Both the position numbers and the translations under genes were made by a program. Positions 1 to 23,869 of a DNA stretch of 64,000 nt are shown here, one piece after another. The notes under the pieces are model-generated. The model saw only the letters and a list, made by a program, of their open reading frames with translations, was not told the DNA's origin and did no database searches. The first letter of the stretch is position 1, and each line of letters begins with the position of its first letter. Source of the stretch: Oculina patagonica (taxonomy: Eukaryota); assembly GCF_052425735.1 (NCBI RefSeq), contig NC_135761.1, positions 3,038,001 through 3,102,000 of the forward strand. The letters are read 5' to 3'.

Positions 1-37
1 TGGAAGGTCGGGAGTAACAGCACTGTTGCCAATAATA

Positions 38-1528
38 TTAATCTTGTTTCATCATTTTTAAAACTGTCTCTTCAAACTTCCTAAGAGGAAAAAAGACATG
101 GTTTACTGCATTAGATTACTGTGTAGTTCCATCACAGACGGCCCAAGTTCACTGTGTGAATTAATTATTTATAAAGTGTAAGTGAACATGACTCTTGGCT
201 TCGTGCGGTGTTGTGTTACAAAGATGCGATTTATAAGGGTTTGTATGGGAACTTAGCGATTTTGATTCAAAAGGTATAAAATTAAATATTTTACGAATAA
301 TCTCGACTTACCTTGTTTCCATGTTGTGTTCTTTGTTGTCTGCCTGCGTCTCAGGTTGTTTTAAAGCGTTTTCGGCGAGTTGCGCTGGCTGGTGGTGTTT
401 CTTAGTGGAACACCACCAGCCAGCGCAACTTGCCGAAAACGCTTTAAAACCTTTTGAATCAAAATCGCTAAGTTCCCATACAAACCCTTATAAATCGCAC
501 CTTTGTAACACAACACTGCTTGAAGCCAAGAGTCACGTTCGCTTACACTTTATAAATAATTAATTCACGCAGTGAACTTGGGCCGCCTGTGGTTTCATTA
601 AAATATCCATACAGTACCTCCCCAAGGGATTTTTATAAGACCCCTGACCCCACTGGAAATTACAAATTTCTTTAAATTTGCTGGTCTTTGAGAACCCCTC
701 CCCCCTCCAGGAGTTTCCAATTCCTTCTGTGAGGGAAGTATGGATATTTTCTGGAATACACATTGTGAAATGTGTGGACCAGTTAAAAAAATGTCTGTTG
801 GTTTAGCTTTAGCTTCTGGGAAACTAAATCTTGCAATAGTAAACTGGCCAGTTGAACTTACCTTGATGTTATATTTTCACCAGGGTTGTAGAAAGGGTTA
901 CAGAACATGTCTGTGTATGCTACATGAAGTCTTCGAAACATCTAGCAAAAGTTTTCAAATATTAAAAAGAAATTGTTATAATAACAAACAACAAATGTCA
1001 AGCAAAATTCTAATTCTTGTGATAATGAGTCTCTTCGTTTTCCTGTGAGTAAACTAAAAAAAACAAGCAGCTGTGTAGCCTGTGCGAAGCCATGTCCTAT
1101 TTCCTCGTGCAGAAAAGGGAAAACCACGTAGGAGATGTCCCTTTTCCACAAGAGAAAAGAAATGTTGCTTTAGGGGAGACAGCTGCATGCAGGCTACTAT
1201 GCAAGTTAACAAAGTCGCTGCCAAAATAGAATTTACTAATTAATGCACCTAGAATGTTATAAACTTACAACAGGCAAAGTGACTTACCGTTCTTATCTCA
1301 TTATCTCTTAAGGCAGTGTTGGCTGATTCAACCACAACAACAAACTTGATTTTAGAGTTTGTAACATAACCATATCTTTCAAATTCAGTCAAAGATCTTT
1401 GTAGACCCTAAGTTGTTTGTGTAAGCATGATTAAAGTAATTTATTATTATCAATACAGTTGTTAGACAGGAATGGCAATAATTTTAGTAGTAAACATTAG
1501 TCTTACTAGAAATAGCGCTATATAAATA

Positions 1529-1571
<43 letters not shown>

Positions 1572-3233
1572 ATTAAGTATTATTATTACTCTGCTACATA
1601 TGTGCCCAATTAATCAGCTAGATGCAATTGACTCTGCTGAAAGTCAACACTGCTGATGTGTTGTCATTCATCATTTTTGTGTGATAAAGAGCAAGGAAAG
1701 TTCCAACTAAAACACACTGCTTGTAGAGTACAGGTGCGAATAGTCTCCAGAGTGCCGGGGGGGGGCACTCCCATATATGAGCTATATACATATGTGCCGC
1801 TGTGAAGGGTATGGTTTTTAAGGAGTTTAGTCTGGGATAGGGTATGGAAATCAGAGAGTTTTTGGTCTAGAATAGGGTATCATGTGCTGAGAAACTGATC
1901 AGTGGGTATGAAGAATTAAGTCCAGAATAGGAATAGAAACTCGAAAGAGAAGGAAGCTTCCTTACAGGTGAATAAAATCATTGTGACAATGTTGTTGACA
2001 GATGGTTTTCGATTAAAAACACTTATAATGATGCAGTTCTAAAAAGAAGCAAGTCTGGGATAGGGTAGAGATTTCCGGTATCTAGTCTAGTATAGGGTTG
2101 CAAAACCAGCTGAAGATGGTCTGGTATAGGGTAAGGGTTTCAGAGTCCCAGTGGCACACCCCCACCTAAAAATATACAGGGTCCCCCTCCCCCCCCACAC
2201 CCGGGCCAGAGGGTTATTAGACAAATCAATACCAGGGATCTTGTTCCTTTGAGCTCATAGCCTAACTACTTGGGGGCAAAATTACTACTTGTGAAAATAA
2301 CTTTGCCTGGCTCCTTTGAAATCTCTTATAAAGAACATACATAAGTCACTATCTTTCTCAGTTGCACTATGATCTTGCCCTCCTACTCAGAATCATAATC
2401 AGCCCCCTGTTCTGCTCAGTTGGTACTCAATGTAATCAGGATGCCGGTCAAAAAGGATACACCTTATAGTCTTCTGTGGGATATAACAAACCAAGGTATA
2501 GCTCACGAGGATCATTTGAACTCTTAGTTAGTGATGACACTGGAAAATTAACAAAATAATAAATTAAAATATATTTTAAGAATCAGAATAATTCTGATTT
2601 CTATCAGTTTGACTATGGCGTTAATATTTTAAATAATCATTTGTTTCATGAGCGGACTTAGACAATGTAACAATAATTATTATGCCCAATTTTGTACCCC
2701 ATTTTAGATCCCATTAAATCAATAAATAAATTAATAAACATTTTATGACCGAATAGATCAAGAAAGCTATATGGGGCATAGCTTGTCTTGAAATTGTGCA
2801 CGACGTTTTTTCTAGTGATGGGGGTCAGGGGGGGGGGGGGAGGGGAGTCTAGAATCAGTCCCAAGCACTGTCCTACAGCAAAGGATGGAACCTTGCAAGG
2901 CCCTTGCAGCCTCTCCGTCTCCGAATTGGAAATAATTGGGTACCAAAAACCAGAAATATTTTATATAATTTTATGTATTCTATGTTGTCTGACACTATGA
3001 CAAGAATCAAAACTATTCACCCTTTTCTTCAACAACATCCAGTGAAGTATGAACTGTGTAGTGAAATTTTAGCTCTTCTTCCGGAGAAACTGTCCGAAGA
3101 AACAACGGGAAATTCTGAAAAACGATCAGGATTTCATCAAACGGGAGAACGATTGTCAAAAAGCCAAGGAAAAGATATACTAAAAGACATAAGTATTTAC
3201 CTCTTTCCCTATCACGGCTACACAGACCGCCAT
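38..3233 (-). CDS. TRAPPC2L: Trafficking protein particle complex subunit 2-like; exons 3233-3201, 3114-3021, 2539-2461, 1375-1288, 941-862, 80-38 (138 aa)
   Basis: Spliced translation [138 protein letters not shown] closely resembles human TRAPPC2L. Exon phases are consistent and boundaries are GT-AG. The gene is absent from the ORF track because the exons are short. Confidence 0.95.
135..590. mobile_element. Foldback/MITE-like inverted-repeat element in the last TRAPPC2L intron
   Basis: 135-276 is the reverse complement of ~449-590, with an internal hairpin at ~354-451. Confidence 0.65.
1755..2205. mobile_element. MITE with CCCGGG/G-run termini
   Basis: Ends are ccggggggggg...cccggg; flanks ccagagtg/ccagaggg form an ~8-bp TSD with 1 mismatch. 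Confidence 0.55.
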
Positions 3234-3384
3234 CTTGGTTTGAAGAAGTTTATCGCTGACAAGCAAGACGGAGGGCTCAATCCTTGGATGAAAGAGCACG
3301 TGATATTCTCGCGACTCCAAAACAAAAACCTTCTTGCTCTGTCAGAAGGTTTATAAAACTTACCAAAACAGCGAAAGCTAAAGA
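3234..3384. promoter_or_regulatory. Putative bidirectional promoter TRAPPC2L/GALNS
   Basis: Only 151 bp separate the divergent ATGs. The interval contains CACGTG (3297-3302) and TCTCGCGA (3307-3314). Confidence 0.7.
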
Positions 3385-16276
<12,892 letters not shown>

Positions 16277-18451
16277 ATGGAACAAACTTCCCACTAACGT
16301 CATGTGCAACCAGGCGGAACATCCGTGACGTCATTGTTTGAATGTTTGCAATTTTGAATTCACCCAATAAACAAACACTCTAAATAGAAAGAACATTGAA
16401 AAAAAAATTGTAATTATTTCGAAGTTATAAGTTGCTGTATAGTAGTAAATAGGTTCAAATGTGACAAACGTGTTGCATGTGTACTTCTAGGTTTTAAGCT
16501 AGGATTAGGTTTTTTTCCTTTTCAATGGTATTCAACTGGTAAGAATCACTCATTGGTTTTCGAAATCTTCTAACCTGTAACGAACCTTTTGTAGATAAAC
16601 TTAAGCAAACATTGTAAATGTTTAAAAAATAAATAATAATGCGTGTTCGTTTTCGCTTGAAAGTGGCCTGAGATTCAATGCAGTGAAAATCTAATGTCGT
16701 TAATTTACCTGACCTTGTGCATAGAATGCGCTGGTAAAGGGGCAGGTATCACCAAGACTTAGTGCAATTTAAAAATACCATGAGGGTGTTGAGATGAATT
16801 GTAAATCCACTGAAAGTGGCCTGGCCTTGCTTAAACGTACTTTACAAGTCCTGAAAATTGTTGAAACGTGGTTTGGGTATAGACTTGCAGGAAAGAAGTG
16901 ACCTAAAACTTGAAAACGTAGGCCCGACTTGGCAGAACATATCTTAAAAACCATTGATTGTGGTTTATTTACATCTTGAAGAATGATTTCATGCCTTTCT
17001 TTTGTTTTTTAAAGGTAATTTTGCTTAACAGTGAGTGCATCCTCGTAATTCTAGAATGTTTTACCCTTTCTCAAAACCTTGATTGGAAAGCGTGCGCAGA
17101 GAATTAAAGGCGAGTTTTCAATTGACATAAGCACAAGAATTAGCGTAAGACACCTCGCATAAGCGAATAAACTGAAGAACAACGAACATTCGTTTTTCCT
17201 GTGCCATAGAAATAAGCACAAAAAGAACAAACAGTTCTGTTTTTCTTGCGCTGCTTATGCTTGTGCCATGTGAGGACAGCATAAGAAAAGTGAGTGTGTT
17301 CGTTCATCTTGTGCTACTTCGTATGCTTTTGCTTGTGCTTAGCTGTGCAAAATCGGCTTGTTGGTAGACAATAAATAGAGCCGAGCCCCATCAAGTGGTT
17401 CAAACAATGCTGTAAATAACGAATTTTATTAGAAATTGATTGGCAAGAAACTACAAGCTTGATTTTGTGCAAAATTCCACGGAAATCTTCAAATCTGATG
17501 CAGGGGAACTTTATGAACTCTTTTAAGGTAAAAGATTGATCTTCCCCATGATCTTGGACAGCAACAACAATATTGATACAGTGCATTATGAGACGCGGTC
17601 GCCTAATGGTTGGCATATTAGACTCTGGTTCGAGCCCTGGCCAGTGTCACTGCTTTGTGTTCTTGAGCAAGTCACATACCCTTTCATATACAATTTCTGA
17701 CAGAAAAGTAAACCCTTTCATTTAGAATCGATAGAAAATGGTTTCCCTTTCACCACCTACAGAAGGGATACTGCATATCTTCTCGCTTGAAAGACCCTTA
17801 ACAATGCTTAAATGAATCGACCGTTCGATGAATTGCTGACAGTTTTTCATACCTTTGATATACTCCAATTTGTGAAATCGTTACCCTTTTACAGCCTGAA
17901 AATGGAACCCATTTTTGTGCGGAGCCTCCCCGTTTAGTCCACATTAAGGAGTACACCTCACCCCCCTCCCACTTTTAAAGATGATTTTCTTTTAGAACAC
18001 CTTCCATGAGTTCGGGGTGTCGTGGGTTCGAATCCCGCTCGGGGCATTTGATATTTTTCAGCATTTTTTCTGTTTATATAGATAGGCATACAATGTAATG
18101 TCAACATAACTGTTTTAGCCCCAAAGTGCCAAATTAGCCCCAATAGCCCAAAAGCTAATTTGGCCCTTTTGAGGGCCATTTTGAAAATTTGGTGCAAAAC
18201 GGCCCCTACAAAAACCATTTTCGACCCCATAAAAAACCAATTAAACCTTTACTGAAAAACAATTCAGCCGACCTCTCTGATGATGAACAAAGTTGATTTA
18301 TATATGTAAGATGTAGTTTATTCAAAAATGTTAAGCGCGGGTTTACTGATATTACAGTTATAACTTGTCTTACAACGATTCTATCTAAATATTTCATTTT
18401 TGTTAATGTTGCTCCTGTTTTTGTTGTTGTTGTCGATGCTGCTGTTGCTTC

Positions 18452-19546
18452 TTAAGTCGCCGTTGTTTGTTCGTTGTTGTTGTCGTTTCGATTTCCTTGC
18501 TCGTCGTTTTGAGCTCCTTCGCTGTCTTGTCTTGCTTCAAGCGGTGCCTCATTGTTTGATGTTCCAAACATTCGTCTTTCAAACTGTTCAGCTTGTACAT
18601 AGTTTTTTCTAAGCAATATTTCAATAAACGCGACACGAAACTGCCTCATTCTAACACAGTAGATAATACGGTTCATAAAAGAGTTAAGAATTGTTAAAAC
18701 GGACGCAGTATAAAAACTAATATACGCCATATTTACACTGGTGATGTTTGATGTTACAAGAAGTATTCGAACAACAAACAGTGGAGAATAACTCAAAAGC
18801 AAAATGAAAATTACACTTGTTGTTATTTTCAAAGCTTTCTTCTCTTTAAGAAATTTCTGTCTGGCTTCCAATGACATTTGCTGTGCAGCGATTTGTCGTT
18901 CGTGGCGACGAGTCTCGGCATAAACTAGAGCCTGACAGAGTGTTATGATGGCTAAAACAACGGCGAAAATAATATTATGAATTGTCAAATAAATTTCATT
19001 GTCAGTGATGACCGAAGGAATGGTTAAAACCACAACTGTAATCCACGCTGCCGCCGATGAAGCGAATATTCGGGCTTTGGTGACCATGGTTGTGTAGGCG
19101 AACGAGTGTTTTATGGCTAAATACCGCTCACCGCTCATTAATAAGACCAGGTGAAAACCTGACGCTGAACATAACAGTCTCAGTACGTTTCTTGTTAGGT
19201 GATCCGACAGGAAGCAATATTTTTTGGACGTATCGCCTTGCAGAGTTAATATTCTGGTCGCAATAAACATGGGTTGGGCGATTCCTCCAATTAAGGCATC
19301 CGTGACCGCTAAACAGCCAAGCACAATGTTGGAGTTGGTTTTTAGTTGATGTTTGGTTTTCACAGCGACAATCACCAACACGTTAAGCAAAATGGCGAAA
19401 GGACAAGTTATTATGCTTACAACTATTAAAAAGACAAGCACCGCGTTAGCTTCTGTAGTAGTATTATCAAGTTTTCCTCCCAGAAAATGATACATTTCGC
19501 ATTCAGTTGGTATCATCCCACTGAGCGAAGTCGCGCTTGAATTCAT
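18452..19546 (-). CDS. Single-exon class A (rhodopsin-family) GPCR, cnidarian orphan type
   Basis: 364-aa ORF with 7 hydrophobic segments: LNVLVIVAV (TM1), LAVTD (TM2), ERY (TM3), KEKKALK, SYSP (TM6), NRIIY (TM7). Confidence 0.88.
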   Translation of the reverse strand: MNSSATSLSGMIPTECEMYHFLGGKLDNTTTEANAVLVFLIVVSIITCPFAILLNVLVIVAVKTKHQLKTNSNIVLGCLAVTDALIGGIAQPMFIATRILTLQGDTSKKYCFLSDHLTRNVLRLLCSASGFHLVLLMSGERYLAIKHSFAYTTMVTKARIFASSAAAWITVVVLTIPSVITDNEIYLTIHNIIFAVVLAIITLCQALVYAETRRHERQIAAQQMSLEARQKFLKEKKALKITTSVIFILLLSYSPLFVVRILLVTSNITSVNMAYISFYTASVLTILNSFMNRIIYCVRMRQFRVAFIEILLRKNYVQAEQFERRMFGTSNNEAPLEARQDSEGAQNDEQGNRNDNNNEQTTAT

Positions 19547-20232
19547 AGCTTCTCTACTTCGATCGAACGACTTTCTTCTTTCTTCTATAAGTCTTCGTTA
19601 ACCAGCTAAGTGTGATGTTCTGATCTTGTGCCGTGGTATTCCGCTTTTTATTTCATTCAAACACAATCAAATTGTTTTGTTTTTCACCTGTCCTGAGCTT
19701 ATGTGAAATTACCAATCTTTTGTTGAATAGTTCGGAAGCTCTTTTATTTTCTTGGTCTGTTGAACTCGTCAGAAATCGCAAAATGAAGGAAACAAACTAG
19801 ACTGAAAATGGTCTCAATACATGTTAATCGCATTGATTTGTGAAACAGAAAACAAGCCTGCAACGGCCTGAACGGCCGTTAAGCTTTCCCACCATCCAAT
19901 AACTCCCTATATTTTAGCTTTTTTTGTAAAAAAAACATCAATTAATTTTTTTTTATTTAAAATCACGGGTAACCCAAGCCCGATAAATGAAAATTTGTAC
20001 TATGTTATTGCGAAATAGTCGAAATGTAAAGATTTGTATCTAAAAAAATTGTTGCATTCTAAGGGCAAAAAAATCAAGAAGTTTGAAAAATAAAAAAGCT
20101 TACCTCAGTTGCCTGTCAATTCTTTTCCCGGCGTAGTTTCTTAGGTGTGGTTCAGTTTAAGTTTCATCGCTTTGCTTTTTTTCATTTTTTTAATTATATT
20201 GTAATACGCAACTGAAAATTTTTAAATTGATA

Positions 20233-20363
20233 NNNNNNNNNNNNNNNNNNNNNNNNNNNNNNNNNNNNNNNNNNNNNNNNNNNNNNNNNNNNNNNNNNNN
20301 NNNNNNNNNNNNNNNNNNNNNNNNNNNNNNNNNNNNNNNNNNNNNNNNNNNNNNNNNNNNNNN
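20233..20363. other. Assembly gap (N run)
   Basis: Run of n characters. Confidence 1.
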
Positions 20364-20729
20364 TGCTTAAAGTCCTTAGCGCCGAGACCAAACCATGGTC
20401 CTGGGGCACTAAAGGGTAGCCAGTTTTTAGCTCGACAACACCCTCCTCAAAATATGCGCTGTACCGAGCAAGGTTATCTTCTGTAGTTCACTGATGCTTA
20501 TTTGGCCGGGGATTCTTCCAATATAACTCTCTAGTCCCTTTTTGATAGCTCCAAGTGCTCCAATGATAACTGGTATCGTTTCCGTTCTCATGCCCCACAT
20601 TCGGCTTGTTTCGATTTCCAAGTCCTTATATTTGGATAGTTTTTCAGTGACTTTCACGGATGTGTTTCTGTCTGATGGTACTGCCATGTCAATAAATTTA
20701 CAGGTTTTCGTTTTGTGGTCTTTAATCAC
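20364..20729 (-). mobile_element. 5'-truncated R4/Dong-like non-LTR retrotransposon (restriction-like endonuclease C-terminus plus 3' UTR)
   Basis: KTCKFIDMAVPSDRN...EKLSKYKDLEIETSRMW...IPVIIGALG...LQKITLLGTAHILRRVL is the RLE C-terminus typical of R4-clade elements. The fragment abuts an (ATA/TAA)n tract at 20730-20782. Confidence 0.8.
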
Positions 20730-20743
20730 TATATTTATATTTA

Positions 20744-20781
<38 letters not shown>

Positions 20782-21410
20782 TTCGATATCAGTACAAATC
20801 CTTATATTTGGACTGTTACCTAAACCCGAAAAATTCTTGTCCTGGCAGAAACTTCGCGTTCTGTTTACATTTTACTTGAATCGTGAAAGAAACCTTTGGA
20901 AATAATTATCCCTTTTTTTGTCAGTCAAGCAGAAACTTTGTTCCTAGGTGTGGAAAATTTATTTCGTTGAACACAGTTCACAGTACAGTTGTTTTTTCCT
21001 GTTCTGAGCTTATGTGAAATTACCAATCTTTTCCTAAATAGCTTTAAGAAGTTCTTTTATTTTCTTGGTCTGGTGAACTCGTTAGAAATTGTTAAAATGA
21101 TCAAATCTAGACACTAAAAGCGGACTCAATACATGTTAATTGCAGTGATTCAGTGAAATACGAAACAAGCCTGCAACGGACGTCCGCTTTCCCACACCCA
21201 ATAAACATTTACATTTTAGATTTTTCAATATTATCATTAACGAGCTGTTTTTATTTTCTTACTTTCTTCACATACTCATATAGGGATTGGGTTAACTTTG
21301 TATAAAATCGAAAAATCCTTGTTCTGACAAAAACCCTGCGCTCTGTTTATATTTTACTGGGATCGTGCAAGAAACCATCCGTTTTTTGGTCAGCCGAGCT
21401 TGTTCTTTAA

Positions 21411-21596
21411 GCCTGGTTTTCACTAGCGACGCAAGCACAAGCGCGATCACGCAAAAACGGGACAAATTTTGAAGCACAAGCACAAACATTCAAATGCAAT
21501 GCGCTTGTGCTTTTGCTTGAGCCGAAGCCGTTTACACGGAGATATAAGACCTGTTATCCTTGCGCTTGTGCTTGCGTCGCTAGTGAAAACCAGGCA
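21411..21596. mobile_element. MITE (possibly PIF/Harbinger-like)
   Basis: Long TIR gcctggttttcactagcgacgcaagcacaagcgc / gcgcttgtgcttgcgtcgctagtgaaaaccaggc. Confidence 0.7.
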
Positions 21597-22000
21597 GTTT
21601 AGTGTGGATTGACATGTTTTCGTTTGAACACAATTTAGGAGTTCTTTTGTTCTTCACCTCTCCTGAGCTTATGAAAAAATTGCCAACCTTTTGCTGAATA
21701 GCGTTAGGAAGTTCTTTTATTTTCTTGGTCTGTTGAACTCGTTAGAAGAAAATGAAGGAAACAAAACTCGACACTTTCAGCGATCCCAATACAAATTGCA
21801 GTGATTGGTGAAATACGAAACAAGCCTGCAACGGACGTTAAGCTTTCCCACACCCAATAACCACCTATTTTTTTTTGCTTTTTTAAACTCGATATATGAG
21901 TATCTGTACTATGTCGTAACAGTCGAAATGTAAATATTTGTGGAGAAATGGTTGTATTCTAAGGGCGGAAAAAAAATGAATGAGTTTGAAATTAAAAATA

Positions 22001-22423
22001 CCTTATTATTGGAAATTAACGATGCATGTTAGTCATGTTATAAACGCGAATTTCAAAAATTCGCGTTAAATAATTAACGTCATTGTTTATTTAACTCACA
22101 CTGTTTTACCGCATCGTTTATTTTATTTTTTTAGTTTCGTAACGTTTGTTATCTCCAAAGATAAATGGAGAAAACGGTCACGTCTTTTACTTTCTTGTGT
22201 TAAATGTCCATCGCGTTTCTGTCTTCCCATTAACCGGTATTCTGTTGTTGGACGTTGTGTTGTCTTGTGAAAAGCTTTGATGATGATGATGACCACACGG
22301 AAATTCGCGTTGATTAAATGCATGTAAACATAACTTTTCAAAAATTCGCGTTAATTTTATTAGTGAATACGCGTAGATTTCGTTCGCGTTGTTAAAACGC
22401 TTCGTTATATTCCTATAATACGG
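22001..22423. mobile_element. TA-flanked MITE inserted in one module copy
   Basis: TIR ccttattattggaa...ttcctataatacgg; the empty site is visible in the paralogous module at ~20090-20105. Confidence 0.75.
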
Positions 22424-23235
22424 TAGCTTACCTTACCTCTGTTGTCTCTCAATTTTTTTCCCGGCTGTTCAAATATTAATATATCGAGCTTAGGGCCTCT
22501 TCACATGAGCCCTGTTTTCATAGCTTTATCGACCCTTGTAACTTTACTTATGAAGCTAATTCTAAAGTGGAAATAGATACAAGGCAAAATTATGCCATTT
22601 TGACCGCCCAGTTATGAAAGGGAAGCTATTTTCTCAAAAAAACATTGCGTCCCGGCGTTCGGGCTGAAGTGTTCATATGGGAAAATTTCTTCTGGTTGTC
22701 GATATCACGGTTGCAGAAACCGAGATATTGGTAATCGGGCTGACCCGCCTTCTCATGTGATTTTTCAATATTATCTTTAACGAGCTGTTTTTATTTTCTT
22801 TCTTTCTTCACATAATCAGATCGGAATTGGGTTAACTTTGTATAAAATCGAAAAATCCTTGTTCTGACAAAAACTCTGCGTTCTGTTTATATTCTACTTT
22901 GATCGTGCAAGAAACCTTTGGTAGTAAATTAATCCGTTTTTTGGTCAGCCGAGCTTTTTCTTTGGTGTGGATTTTTTTCGTTTGAACACAATAAGGAGTT
23001 GTTTTGTTTTTTACCTCTCCAGAGCTTATGAAAAATTACCAACCTCTTACTGAATAGCGTTAGGAAGTTTTTTTTATTTTCTTGGTCTGATGAATTCGCT
23101 AGAAGTTGCGAAAATGAAGGAAACAAAACTCGACACTTCTACGATCCCAATACATGTTAATTGCAGTGATTGGTGAAATACGAAACAAGCCTGCAACGGA
23201 CGTTAAGTTTCCCACACACAATAACCACCTATATT

Positions 23236-23866
23236 GTGAAGAAGTTATTCAACATGACACGAGCGTGGGACAAAGAAAAAATCTGAGTCCCCGACGGGAA
23301 TCGAATCCATGGCCTCCCAGATACCGGTTGGGCGCTCTAACCAACTGAGCTACGAGAGACTCGTTGTGAGCTGGGCCATTTACTCGGTTGATATATGACA
23401 CGCGTCTTGCATACTGCTAGGATCAGCAATGTCACAACGAGTCTCTCGTAGCTCAGTTGGTTAGAGCGCCCAACCGGTATCTGGGAGGCCATGGGTTCGA
23501 TTCCCGTCAGGGACTCAGATTTTTTCTTTGTCCCACGCTCGTGTCATGTTGAATAATTTCTTCACTATTTATCACCGAGTTTGAAATTTACCATCTTTAT
23601 TATTTACTACACATTTGATGATTTCGACTTTGCTGATCCTAGCAGTATGCAGGACGCGTGTCATATATCAACCTAGTAAATGGCCCAGCTCACAACGAGT
23701 CTCTCGTAGCTCAGTTGGTTAGAGCGCCCAACCGGTATCTGGGAGGCCATAGGTTCGATTCCCGTCGGGGACTCAGATTTTTTCTTTGTCCCACGCTCGT
23801 GTCATGTTGAATAATTTCTTCACTATTTATCACCGAGCTTGAAATTTACCATCTTTATTATTTATT
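23236..23866. mobile_element. tRNA-like ~258-bp unit array: one inverted partial copy plus ~1.7 tandem copies
   Basis: Minus copy 23236-23433, then plus-strand units with 258-bp period; A box tagctcagttgg, B box ggttcgattcc. Confidence 0.85.
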
Positions 23867-23869
23867 AGG

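Noticed and set aside
2904-3356. 150-aa plus-strand ORF
   Set aside because: Antisense to TRAPPC2L exons 1-2 and the promoter; non-ATG start; no recognisable domain.
18400-18636. Gln/Lys-rich and Leu-rich short ORFs
   Set aside because: Alternative frames of the low-complexity GPCR C-terminus and 3' UTR.
23439-23520. Functional tRNA genes (also 23697-23778, 61730-61810, 61990-62070)
   Set aside because: The acceptor stem is bulged and extended, there is no U33, the anticodon loop differs in length between copies, no CCA context helps, and they are embedded in a dispersed repeat.
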